64,000 nt of DNA from Fimbriosthenelais zetlandica (GCA_977030845.1 OZ365112.1:18476001-18540000), one strand, 5' to 3'; shown: positions 42,201-54,014, numbered from the stretch's first letter. Made by a program: numbers and translations. The notes: generated from the letters alone by a model not told the origin.

Positions 42201-45200
42201 TAGATCGTGTAAAATGCTGAAATGCATTTTCGACATAATGTAGAGAGTTATCGATTGGTCCGTACCCAGCAGTTTCCCTAATTTGTAAATTATTAAGACA
42301 GAGGTAGGGAAAGTCATCCATAATTGTCAAGGGGGAGAGAAAGATCATAACTAACTTGCATACCGATTTGACCCCCTCCCACCTCCATGTATTAATACAT
42401 ATGTACCCAAAGTTACAAGGTGTTACTAACTGGCGGCTCGGAGGCCTTAGAGTGCGGTACGAGTACAAAGGCGGGCAGGCCGACACAACAAAGGCCGAAC
42501 TGACAGGTAAAAGGGAGCCTGAGGGAGGCTGAGGCTGAGAGAGGTGGGTCTCCATCTACAACTCACATAGTAAAGTATGCTCAGCCAGATCAGTGCTTGG
42601 AGTACAGGCTAAATTGCACCCTATACATGTACATTGAAGTACACTACCTACAGGTATGTCACAACCTTGAAGTACACAAAACTTTCAAGCTTTGCAAAAG
42701 AGTGATCTTCATAGCATGCTAATCACGCTGATAAATGAGCACAGTGAATCACCCATTCCTGTCCTCACTCAATGAGACAATCAATTAAAGATGAGGTTCA
42801 ATTAATATACAGCGTTTTAATGGAGTTTGATTGCCTAACAATGACAGACAGTGATTCGTGTGGTGTTTAACAGAGCTCATTGGGCGCCAGGGCCTCTGGC
42901 TATTTTACATTCAACACACCTGCGGGTCGTGTGTGTGTTGGCGGAGCAGCATACATACTGCCAACTGACCGCCTATTATATCATTTAAATCAAGCTTTCT
43001 AAGCACAATGTCAAAGGATTATAGTTTCCACTGTGCCATTTTTTGTAGGTGGCCAACTTTGACAGATCTGGCAATAGGCTGGTAATGTTTAAGTCAACAT
43101 TAACTCAGGATGACGTTTGATTCAAAAAAAGTTTTCGTATAAAAACTATAAAACACTGAGAGGGGAGGAAGAGTAAGAGTTCCAAGCCCACCTGGAATTT
43201 GGAATGGCAAATACCAAGGCCACTCTAATTTTGATTATAATTACATGCCACTTCTTCCCTGGTTACCATCTAATTGGTCCTCCTGCCCGACTCCCTTAAT
43301 TAATCGAGAGAGAAATCAAACGATTTGAAAACCGAAACAAAGCCTTTGTGTCCAATGAGACATTTTTCCCTCGATCAAAGTGCCCGTTTGCTTTCTCATT
43401 CCAAAAAAGGGGCTCTTTGCATCTCCATTAGAGGCAGTTCCCCAACCCAAGAAAAGTCTTGCAGGTCGCCCAGACAAAACGCTATAAATAGGCATAGATA
43501 GATGTAGGCAAGACGATGGAAAGCAATGCTAACACATCTAGATTAGCGCCCATATTTACCCACGTCATGTTTCCTTGTTACCAATCGATGATAGTATCAA
43601 GCCCGCCGCTTCTCCCCATACAACTAACCGCTGGATATCAAGAAGCCACCGATCAATACAAACAAGTGAAATCATTTCCATTTATATGTCATTAAAGTTC
43701 ATTCCTATTTTCCTTGTTTACCCAAGGCAATGTATCATTGGGAGGTTGGCAAATATAATGGCGTGTCTGGGTGGATTGAGATTTATTTGATGTACTAGCC
43801 GTCAAAAGGGCAGGAAAAGAATCTGGGGAGATTTTTCCACATGTCGTTGTATGTGAGCTTGGCCACGTCGGCGCAGTCTTACAATGTTCTAATGGGAAGC
43901 TTGGCAAACACTGGGCGGGAGAGTCACTCCACCAGCCATATATCCAGTAGAGCGAGCAGCTCACTGCTAACAGTGGTCTTATTGAACCCATTAATGCCTC
44001 TATACACACGCTCTGTGACACGGCTGGGACCCGAGAGAGAGGTGTGCAGGCCGTGTGTATATGACCTGGTCACTCAATGAAATCCATCCATCAATCAATA
44101 CCAATACTTCACTGTGCTTTCAAGAGCAAAGGGGCAAAATTGGGTTATTCCATCTCACACATACACACTGGCAGTCAATGAGTTCAACGTGTGATGGTGG
44201 AATTAACCGGGCCCCGAGGCGAGGGCTGAATCTTACTTTACACCAACAATAAGGCAGTAATCTGTGTTGACAAAATACAGGCGGGCCATGTAGAAGGCGC
44301 AGGCCACGAGCAGGTATTATTCATGAAGATATAATCCATGAATGAATGAAGCTTTATGTTAGGTTAAAAGAGGGGTGCTTGGCTAGTATGGGTGTATGGG
44401 CTTCTATAGAACACCCGGAGAGTATCTTACCCCTGGCTAAAGGTAACATGGCACATGGAGAGATAGCATCTCACGGTGCCAGGCCTCTTTAGTTACCTTA
44501 CACCTGTAGGTAAGAGACCCACTCCTGGCACCCCCGCCAGCCCATTATTGTACTGTCCAGCCTCCCTGACTAGACGAGGAGGTCAGCCTGACCACTCCAC
44601 CACCACAGGCTTTATTCTACACCTCATTGAGGCAGTGAGAACCATTGTTGAATGGCAAATGACAAGAATAGTCGGGATATTGTATACTAGACATGTGACA
44701 AAACTGATTATTCGCAGCTTGTGGGACTTCTTGTTTGTTACTTTACTACGGTGCAACTTTCCCACAGTCTCAGATGAAACCCAAAATTCAAAGTATAATG
44801 TGCGAAATTGGGAGAAATATAAGTGCGGGGAGGTCGGGGCTGTATTATTAATTGCATATCAAAGTGGAAAGCTTATATATTTATTTTCATACATGAACAG
44901 GCGGCACGGAGCCAGATGGAAGTGGCAATCTATTTGTCTGCACCGTGGTGGACCAGAATTTAACTAACAACACTTCCATATGAATGAAGCATTGGAAGAA
45001 GTGAAAACATCTGGCTGTATATTGAAGCAGGCGTCCCAGTTTGAAGTTCTGGGGTGGGGTAGCACTGGGTTGTTGGGTGTTGTGAGTGCCTTGCGAGAGA
45101 AGAGGGAGGGACAGAGAAGTTGGCACCCGGCCCCCCTGCTGTTCAACCGGGAGAAAACAGGCAACAGCCCTTCTAACTCCCAGATACCAGTCCATCTTTC

Positions 45201-45941
45201 TCTCTCACTGGGTCACTAAAACATGGGAGTTGATACAAAACAATGCTGAGGCTTGTGGTATTGAATTACAGAGCATATAAATGGTCAGAAAGTAAAGGAG
45301 GAAGGGGAGGCAGGGAGGAGGGGCAGGCTGCGGCCATGATGGGGGACGTGGGTGACCGTTATTCCTCCACTCCAGACATTACTTGATAAGGCTATTAGTG
45401 ACTGGAGGGACAGAGTACAGGTCCTCCTCCTAGTAGGCTGGAGCTGACCTCAGTAACGGACGCCGGGGTGTCAGGTTGAAGGGTGATAATCCTCCTGTGT
45501 ATAAGCACCCCATGTCTCCCTGGCCCTCATTACGTCTCCGTTTATATAGGCCCCAGTCTCCAACCCAAAGACTGACAGCACGACCCTCGGAGTCCCAACT
45601 TTGAATAGTCGGAGAGGTCCAAAAAATAACATACATGGACAGAAAACACTGGAGTTTTCTCCAGTGTTTCAACTCCAATGGAATGTCCCCTGCACGACCA
45701 TAGAGTGAAACCAACACTTTCCAATCAGTGGTAACAATGGGGGCTCGGGTAGGGCTGTGTCAAGGGTCAGGGTTCATCACTATTCAATTCACGGGGCCGT
45801 GACTGGATGCAGTAAAGACTGGTGGTTATTATCTGACATATTTCTACTCTGATTTTTGGTGGTAGTTATTGGTGGGAGAAATAGAGGCAAGTCGCCCCGG
45901 GGATGGATGACTGGGCTCCGTGGTATTCAGACTCCATCAAC

Positions 45942-45971
45942 TGGTGGTGGTGGGTGGTGGTGGTGGTGGTG
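45942..45971 (+). repeat. Imperfect (TGG)n microsatellite followed by short (ACCA)n
   Basis: tggtggtggtgggtggtggtggtggtggtg read directly. Confidence 0.75.
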
Positions 45972-46974
45972 TCACCCAGCTAACCAACCAACCAACCCAC
46001 CCCCACTATACAGACACAGAGAATGCGCTCATGCGTGACTAGAAATCCAACTTCAAAATACTGGTAAAAGGGGTGATGATGGATTCGAAAACTAGCCTTA
46101 TATGAAAAGCAAGGCTGGATATTTTTCATCATTTCTATAAAATTTAAAGATATGATGAAGCTCAAATCACAGATCATATAATTTTAAATAACGTGAACTT
46201 GGGGATATATATTTTAGGTATTGAAATAAAAAATATTATACATGTTCACGTAATAAACCCCCAAATCTGCACTAATCTATTACATAGAGTTGAATTGCCA
46301 ACTTAGAGAAAACTGCATCTCTATTTTAGAACTGGATGGATTTCTGACTTAACATTTCCTTTGATGCTTATGGTATAGGAGACCACATGAAAGTAATACT
46401 AATTTGTTTAATTACACGAGTACATTGGGCATATTATCAAATATCAAAGTTGCCTCATTTCGTGATTACATGAAAGTAAATTTCTTCCTCCAAAATATGT
46501 GACTTCTGCTAATCTCATCCCCATGTGTCTTGGTAAATGAGAAAGAGAAGAATTTCTTGCCCCTCAAGCACAAAGTTAGCTTTAACAATTTAAATTAATC
46601 TTCGTATATCTACTCCACCGAGACTATCTTCCTTTCTAGCACAGTATCCAAGATGAAAATGGGGTAAATCCTTCATTCCAATTGTATGTGTAGCATATGT
46701 CTTTCCTTCTGAGTGGAATAGAGCCTTTGAGGGCATCAGAGATGCTAATCCATGGCTTGACTTTTGCCTTCAGATATGAAAGACTTTGCATCAAGACATC
46801 AAAGACAAAGACTTAAAGGGCCCGAGTCTCTCAGAAGCTGTAACACATTTCTACCCTGTGAGCACCGTATATCCTGAGTTAAAGATATGGACAACAACAA
46901 CAAAACAGCAGTAAAACTCTCAGAAAAGGTTCCTAATTAAACTTAGTTGGGGTTAAATAAAATATTGTACTCAC

Positions 46975-47081
46975 CAAACTAGATGGAACGGTAGCACCAT
47001 TTGCGGGATATGGATATGGGGAAAATATTGGATAGCCACTGGGAGGTACTCCAGTTCGGGGGTCCGGCTCCGGAGTTTTTC
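46975..47081 (-). CDS. Tcf: Tcf coding exon 3 (KTPEPDPRTGVPPSGYPIFSPYPYPANGATVPSSL)
   Basis: Long polypyrimidine tract ending tttttacag|GA and donor TTG|gtgagt; 107 nt. The peptide resembles TCF7L2 exon 3 (PPYPGYPF...SPYLPNG). Exons 1-3 total 327 nt = 109 codons without a stop. Confidence 0.88.
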
Positions 47082-47504
47082 CTGTAAAAATAAGTGAAAA
47101 AGAGGGGAAAATGTGAAAAGTATGAATGGTTTTATTAGAGGTTTAGGGTCATGGGGAGTCATCCGTTACAGGCGGGCTGGACGGCCAGTAGAGTAATTAC
47201 CGAGGGCCCAGCATCCCAACAGTCAACACGGCCATGCAGGCGACCGGCCAAGTTCAAAAGAAGGCCGGGGAGGAGGCGGCCGATTCAAAAACTGACACTT
47301 GGCCCTCCCTGATCGCCAACAATCAGTGATGGTTCAAAACAAGCTTTTCCCACTCAAAAACAGGCCAGCTAGACCCCCAGTCTGTACTAGGGAGGTTTAC
47401 TCTAACATGGTACAACTCTAACTTACTAACTCCCTTCACAAAGTAGTAGCAGCCCTCTTGGTAAAACTTATAAAGAGCACCCCCGAGTTACCATAACAAC
47501 TTAC
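47082..47504 (-). other. Tcf intron 2 (423 nt, GT-AG, phase 1)
   Basis: GTAAGT...tttttacAG between exons 2 and 3. Confidence 0.83.
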
Positions 47505-47580
47505 CATCTTGGCCATTTCCCGATCGCTTTTCTCCACCGGCACTGTAACCGCTGCTCAGCAGTGAATCAGACCGTTTTTC
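47505..47580 (-). CDS. Tcf: Tcf coding exon 2 (EKRSDSLLSSGYSAGGEKRSGNGQD-G)
   Basis: Acceptor tttacag|GAA and donor GATG|gtaagt; 76 nt, open in phase 0, ends in phase 1, which exactly bridges exon 1 and exon 3. Confidence 0.85.
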
Positions 47581-47709
47581 CTGTAAATATAGTGAATATA
47601 TGACTTATTGACCTGTCCAATACGGTCAGATGTCTGTGACAAAACTTCAAAGGGCTGGGAGGCAGACCGCCTGACTTTGAAATCGTGGGGATGAGTACAC
47701 GGTACCTAC
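47581..47709 (-). other. Tcf intron 1 (129 nt, GT-AG, phase 0)
   Basis: GTAGGT...tttacAG between exons 1 and 2. Confidence 0.85.
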
Positions 47710-47853
47710 CTCCTCTGTTTCGGTTACGAGCTCATGCTTATCCTCCTGCAGGTTTTCCGACGACCGATTTTCTTCTTCCCCCTCATCTTTGTATACTTTT
47801 ACCTCATCTGTAGAGGTTAAATCGTCCCCACCGCCTGAATTCACATGCGGCAT
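47710..47853 (-). CDS. Tcf: Tcf/Lef (pangolin/TCF7L2-like) coding exon 1, beta-catenin-binding domain
   Basis: Translates to MPHVNSGGGDDLTSTDEVKVYKDEGEEENRSSENLQEDKHELVTETEE, matching the TCF/LEF N-terminus (GGGDDL..DE...KDEGE...SSEN). ATG at 47853 in context ACCATGC; ends GAG|GTAGGT donor, phase 0; 144 nt. Confidence 0.97.
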
Positions 47854-47876
47854 GGTCAGAAGTTCTTGCTTTTGAT

Positions 47877-47930
47877 CTAATTTGCGCACAGGATGTAACG
47901 ACTCTCGCAAACACGTTTTGAATCCGCCAT
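47877..47930 (-). other. Upstream ORF (MADSKRVCESRYILCAN*) in the presumed Tcf 5' UTR
   Basis: ATG at 47930 (ttcATGG), 17 codons, TAG ending at 47877; out of frame with, and 23 nt before, the main ATG. Real only if the TSS lies upstream of 47930. Confidence 0.4.
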
Positions 47931-47989
47931 GAAAATCTTCCCTCCAACTATTTGCTATAAAGAGAGCACGCACTTGCCAAGGCCTTTGT

Positions 47990-48200
47990 CCTCAATTTGC
48001 AGAGCCGACCAATCAGAGCGCGCCTTACATCCACCGTTCGGGTTGGCCAAAACACAGCTTGGAGGAGTGTAGATGTATACACACAGAGAGAGCTGGCAGG
48101 GACATCAAAAAACAAAGCCGCTCAATGATTGACAGGCGGCCAGTCCGAGCGTGCCAATCATGCGGCAATCAGACCGGATCCTCACTATTTTCTGCCAATC
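47990..48200 (-). promoter_or_regulatory. Tcf proximal promoter
   Basis: CpG-rich, directly upstream of exon 1. CCAAT boxes at 48009, 48154 and 48195 (CCAATCAG, CCAATCA, CCAATCC) and a PBX-PREP/MEIS decamer TGATTGACAG at 48126-48135. TSS not determinable. Confidence 0.65.
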
Positions 48201-48675
48201 CCATGATAGAATAGTGACGAATTGTCCTCCTAGTGCTGGACCAGCGCGGCCTGGACTCCTGGTTCCTAGCCTTGTTCAGAGATGTCGGGGTGGTTCTGAT
48301 GTTTTCCTTTGCCTGTGTGTGGGGAGAGTGAGAGAGGGAGTGTGTGTCGGCTGGTGTTGGCGAGTTGTGAAGCACCAAGGACTTGCCTTCCTCCTGTGAC
48401 TACCACCAGGTCCACACAAATCCTGTCCCCGTCCTCCCAGCCACCAATGTCAGGGTAGATATGGTATCCTGCCGCCCTTAGCTTATGTAGTGGCGGTCAA
48501 ACGGTCGGAGATGTTCCACAAGCTGTGTTCTAAACCACATCCACTGCTCTCCACTACCGCTAACCTCTATTCGCAGCACTGGTCTGAGCGCCGACTGTAC
48601 CCAACCAACGCCTCTACTCCACCCCTACTGCCTTTCCTCCACCACAGACTGACTGGACTGTTTTCACTCAACCTC

Positions 48676-48689
48676 CCTTTGATGTTGCC
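48676..48689. promoter_or_regulatory. Promoter-proximal TCF site CCTTTGATGTTGCC
   Basis: Identical 14-mer to the site at 13808-13821; about 0.8 kb upstream of the ATG. Confidence 0.5.
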
Positions 48690-51389
48690 GACAATTATCA
48701 ATCGGAGCTAGCCGTTGACATGGCTCAGAGCGACGACGGTTAGAATATATTTGCACTAGGGAAGGCGAGATGGGGGTCTTCTCTTCTCTTCTCAACTTGT
48801 CGATGCTTGCGATGCATGGAATCGAAACGATGTACCTCCTAGAAAGAGTTCTGAAAATGAAATAAAAAATAGTATCTGTAACTAGAGTCAAAAAGTAACA
48901 CAGTGAGTGTAGGAAGAAAAAAATGTGCCCATTTGAACTTGCCCTCCTTCTCAGTCTATTTCTCATTCATATATCTATCTATCTATCGACAGAAATCCTC
49001 TTTTTGAACTGACATTAAAAGAAGTATGATTAGAAAGCTAAAGCTTGCCTTTATAGTGAGGGATGGTCGTATTTGAAGTTCTATCTGGCCTACATATTGC
49101 CTTTGGCTTGACTCCTTGCTCGTACTGCCACCTAGTGTCCAACGGCTGAACATATGAACTAAGTGGCTTCCATGAGAAGCAGCGCGCATCACACAGAAAA
49201 AATAACTGACAATCCACCATGGATAAAGTCACAAATTACATGGATCTAAATTGTATTTACCGCAAAAAAGAATATTAATAATATATTATATAATGAAAAT
49301 GTAAACCACTTTTTAGAAAAAGTCACTTGCCAAAAAATTGCCCAGACAAACAGATATAGAAGGAGGGAAATAAACGTCTTCGCTAGAGAAAATATATAGG
49401 CCTTGTGCAATCCTCAGACAAAAAAGGATTCTGCCAAAAAACTTTCCAGACACGGCCAGGTATGCACCGTTCATTCTGAAATCCTACCTAAGATGCCACT
49501 GCATTCATAATCTCCCTTTTATGTTTCTTGGACTAACTCCATATCTCCTAGTATTCCCCCTGTCTATATGTGGGTGGGTGCAGGGCGTGTGTGTGGTATG
49601 CTGCCTACATATATGCATGTTCGGTTCTTCCCGTTTGTGGGACTTGTTTGAATGTATATGTGTACCGTGCTCGACTTGAAAATGTCGTCTGCCTCAGTAG
49701 GATGAAAGAGACCGCTCCGGCCTTTTTGGGTTCTCAGCTTTGACGGGTCATCCTGCCTACCCCGCCTCCATCGTTAGGCCAGGTAGGGGCACCTCAATGC
49801 CTGGGTAAACAATAAATACCTACGGCATAGACGCTCTGTTTACATACCCAAGCCCACGGGGAAAAAGTGGGGAAGGCTCGTAGTTAACTGGTAAACTTTT
49901 GAAAATGTTAAAAAAACTATAGTTAAAGTTAAACTAATCACTTTAGGACAACTTTTCTAAGTTGATTATTTGTCCCCAGTTTTCAATTTTCAATTTAATT
50001 ATTCACATTATTATAATGTGCCATTGAGTGTGGTGATGTCACCAGGAATTATCTCCTCTTGGCACGTCTATGGAACGATGGAGAGAAGGAACAGGTGAGG
50101 TACATTTGGGGATACAACACTTTCCCTCATACCACTTGCAAATCAAGCATTGTCAGGGATCTGCGATGTTCATATATATTTATATGCAACCAGACCGATG
50201 TAGATGTAGAACTCTAGCATTTATTACTGTAACCAATGTTCAGCTGTCGCTATGCTAAAGCATGCATTGCTCTATCCATACCATTGTACATTCCAATGTG
50301 ATAATGGTTGAACACTAGATTCTAGATCTTGATATTCTAAGTCATCAAGTTTATAGCAATATGCAGATGACCTTAGAAGACAGATGCATCATTCTATATA
50401 ATCTTCCAGACACAGGAATTATAATCTATGAAATGTTCCCGTCAGAATTCATTCAGAATATATTCATGCCTTATTAAATGTTCTCCCTATACATACGTAG
50501 GCCTCTGTATATACTAAAGAGATGGTTCAGTGGAGGTTGAAAGTTCAAATTCAATTAACGATTAATCCCTTTGTTAATCCCCAGTCAGCAAGTATAAATA
50601 TGCAGGGGTCTTCTCTTGCGTAACACATACTCGAGTTTGAATGATAGTTATTACTCCATCTCTGGTTTTGTGTTGGCATGGCAATGCTTCAATGAATTTG
50701 CTCCGAGGCTAAGGCGGAAGCAACGTGTTTGTAGCATTTGTAAACAGTTTTCTGTCATTTGAACAATGGGAGCTTAGCCTTCCTTTGTGATAGGCGTGTC
50801 ATACAAGACAGCCCTCTACAAAACCCTGAACCAAAAATAATTCAGTATTCAGGTTGGTAAAGGCTTTTAGCATATAATGGGTTTAATCTTCATACCCTTA
50901 AAGAAAGAAAACTTCTGCATGTTCATGAGAAAGTCTCGATATTCTCGAGTTTCATTGCTGCCTAATCTTTCAGCTTTTAAAAAAATAAATTAATTATGAA
51001 GCACACGTATTTGACACTGCACTTTCTTGATTACTTTCAACTGTCCAATTATGCATGTCTTCAATAACTACCTTTATTTCACTAAGTAACTTGCTCTTTC
51101 ACATTGCCATAACCATATTTGTCTGTCTCTTCCCAGCTCCTTTTTTCTCGACATGTCTTCCCCTCTCCAACGTGTCTTCACCCCTATCCAAAAGACCATC
51201 ACACCCTTCTGCTTTGCTCAGAATGATATATGAAAATCGGTTGTCAAAGTAACCCAGAGCCAAATCGAAAGTCTTATGAACATTTATGACTAAATATTTC
51301 TCATTAGATCTTAAATCATTGTTCTTTTTCCAAGCTCAGTTGATCTTCACGATCGGTGAGATTCGGGGGAGTTCGACGTGGATTCGACG

Positions 51390-51610
51390 GCGCATGCCAC
51401 TCTAACGACGTGTGATCTATGCGCATGCTCAGCTCGGCGGCCATCTTGGTTTGGCTAACATCAAAGAGAGCTGCGCTACTTGGAGCGGAAGCCAGGCGCA
51501 GGGCGGGGAAGCAAGATCACCCCATTCGGCCGACATCAAAGGGAGAGCTATTTGAAGCATTGATTTTGCTGTGCGGACTGATTTAGCTGGCAGCTCCCGC
51601 CCCCCGCCTT
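51390..51610. promoter_or_regulatory. CpG-rich upstream module (2 TCF sites, 2 NRF1-like, YY1-like, GC boxes)
   Basis: GCGCATGC at 51390 and 51421; GCCATCTT at 51440; ACATCAAAG at 51458 and 51533; GGGCGGGG at 51501; CCCCCGCC at 51601. Confidence 0.55.
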
Positions 51611-52967
51611 CATATTGCACATTTCACTACAGTCATATAGTCTCAACCCAACCTGACATAACTCACTGTTTTTATCATACAATAAGACACTAATGGATTG
51701 GTTTGTTAATTTGGTAAATATGGTTGTCTCAATAGATAGAAACGTAACGTTTTGGCATTAGAGATGTTCTTCACTAAAGTCATAAATAGCCCAAAACTCT
51801 TGCATAAAACACCAGACAGAAAGTCAAGTTTCATTTGGCGGAACTTAACTCACTCTCAATGAAGAAGCTACATGTACAGCCACATCTTTCACTGCAATAT
51901 TTTGCTTATGGTGTCCATTCATCTACAGCCATTTTCACTTCAAGTCCTATCTCACTGCTCGGCCATAAATAAGCAACTAATAATAGGAGCTTTTATACAC
52001 TTTTCATTTGTGTTCTACAAAGGAGTCAAGTAAGCCAAGGTAGCGTCTACATTACACATTTGTGAAATAATCCCATTTAAATGTGTCCTAAAAAGAACAC
52101 ACTTTTCCGCTAAAAAAAATTAAGAGTAAGACACCAAACAGCAACAGCGTTAATTTCGGGACAGAAATGTCGCAATGCTAAGCTGAAACGGTCCAATATT
52201 GGAGTCTACGACATTCCTATCGGCAGTGTACAGTGCAATAGGACATTCACTTGATAGACTGTCTTGGAATATTTCACAACTTGGCTCCGGTGTCCATTAT
52301 AAGCTGTACATATAATTCAAGTGCAACCAATAACATCTAGGCCTACCTCAGAACAATAGATCTATAATAATGCACCCAGGAATTGTGGATATATTTATGT
52401 CATTCTTGAATATTGAAGAAAAGGGGCAAAAAGCACATGAATGGGGTAAAAAGGGAAGAAAGACGCAGATTTTAATATTTCCGCTCTGGCTTGTACCTGC
52501 ACATAAATTGGCGTCTCTTTTGAAGTAACTTCAAAAAAGACACAATATAGCAGACCCCCCAGAGTCTGGTGATTCAGAGGGAAAAAAATAGATTTTCCAC
52601 TTGGCTCAACTCTCAGGTACTCTGATTCATATAGGCCATTAAAAAGTTAAGTTTCTCACCACTCCTCCACTAAATTAGAGATGTGAGATGAAGGAAGTAG
52701 GCTACATTGTCAATGATGAAACCTATATGACCATTATATTGTGTATTTCTTGAAACATCAGTTTCGCACCTTGCTGCTCATGAACATTTGACACAGAGGT
52801 GATCAATTGGTCACAATAGGCAATGCTTAAGTCAGAAGTTGGAATTTTGCGTTGTACTTTAGTAAGAAGAAACATTCTCAGATTCTATTCTAGTAAGATC
52901 TATATGATCCAAAGATGCGTGGGGGCGATGGAGCCCCCCTCTAGTGACGAGGGGAAACAACTCACCC

Positions 52968-52984
52968 CCTTTGATCTGCCGCCA
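52968..52984. promoter_or_regulatory. Bipartite TCF HMG site plus Helper site
   Basis: CCTTTGATCT immediately followed by GCCGCCA (Helper consensus GCCGCCR). Confidence 0.55.
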
Positions 52985-53924
52985 CCCCATATATTACCTT
53001 AAAGAGGTCTTGCCTGGCTGACATAACTAAAAACTTTATGGAAAAAATCATAGACTGACGATTTTCTTTGTTCCCCAGGCTATATCATCATATCATCATA
53101 TCCCATATGGGATATCGTATTTAGGCATATACCCATTTGAAAAAAATATGGGAATAAATGTTTGAAATAAGTTCGACATGGTGGCGATGAGCTCCTATTA
53201 GGCCTACCTCACGACTATCACTGAACTGAATATTGCAGATAACAACTCTGCGATTATCTTTAGATATATATGTGATAATAGATAACTAAAGATAAGATAA
53301 CATTTAAGGAGTTGCAATCATTAATCATTTTACTTCTTTCTGAACTTCCATAACCCTCGTTCGACTAAGTAAATAAATTAAATTTTTCTTCATAGGCTTA
53401 AAAATGTTATACTTACATTCAGTTGACTGATGCCTAGGCATATACAGTACACATTGTGACTGATATGATTATATCTCATCCATGTATGTGAATAACAGAT
53501 GCCTTGCAGATGGGCGGATTTGACCTACTTATAGAATTCGGTCAACAATGGTCACGTGGTCGACCTGCTTCACTTCCATGCAGGACCAGACGATATGAAA
53601 AAGAAATTCAAGAATTAGATATAAATATAACACATAGGGCCTACACAGGCCTATCTATTTTAACATTTTTAATATTTAATAGTTTTTCATGTCAAATTAT
53701 AATTTGATTAATAATAAGAAATTAGCGTCTAGGCCTAATTCAGACAATTCAGACACGGTAAATTATGATGAAACATAGACAGGAAAGCCTGTAAACAGTA
53801 TCACTGGGTGATCAGTACGAGGATCGATCGTTGTATCACATCTATACTACTGGTAGCATCAAGCCTGTGCCTGTTCTCTATGGTGCAGGTAGTGGTGGCG
53901 CCAATGTACCACCACTGAGCAGCG

Positions 53925-53997
53925 GGTTCCGTAGTGTAGTGGTTATCACGTTCGCTTCACACGCGAAAGGTCCTGGGTTCGAAACCCGGCGGAACCT
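53925..53997 (+). tRNA. tRNA-Val-CAC: tRNA-Val (anticodon CAC)
   Basis: Acceptor stem GGTTCCG/CGGAACC; A box TAGTGTAGTGG; anticodon arm TTCGC-TTCACAC-GCGAA (CAC at 53958-53960); T arm CTGGG-TTCGAAA-CCCGG; close to the canonical metazoan tRNA-Val. Position 73 is T rather than A. Confidence 0.93.
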
Positions 53998-54010
53998 AGA
54001 GCGCTAATCC

Positions 54011-54014
54011 TTTT
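54011..54014 (+). terminator. Probable Pol III terminator (T4) of tRNA-Val
   Basis: First TTTT run, 13 nt after the tRNA 3' end. Confidence 0.5.

Larger units (their letters stand above)
1..46974 (-). other. Tcf giant intron 3 (at least 47 kb, open-ended; may contain cassette exons)
   Basis: Begins GTGAGT at 46974. No recognisable downstream TCF motif (PPP.H...DPKTG, HIKKPLNAF HMG box) was found by eye on the minus strand. Confidence 0.72.

Noticed and set aside
44476-44967. 163-aa plus-strand ORF (longest in the track)
   Set aside because: No family signature, random-looking composition, antisense within the Tcf intron.
47647-47973. 108-aa ORF as a complete single-exon protein or an N-terminally extended TCF
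   Set aside because: It begins at a GTG; TCF homology starts at the ATG at 47853 and ends at the GT donor at 47709. About 46 open upstream codons is unremarkable, and the C-terminal 20 aa are intron read-through.
53098-53115. 18-bp perfect palindrome ATATCCCATATGGGATAT
   Set aside because: Chance expectation is a few tenths per window and it adjoins an ATCATCAT low-complexity run; not significant alone.
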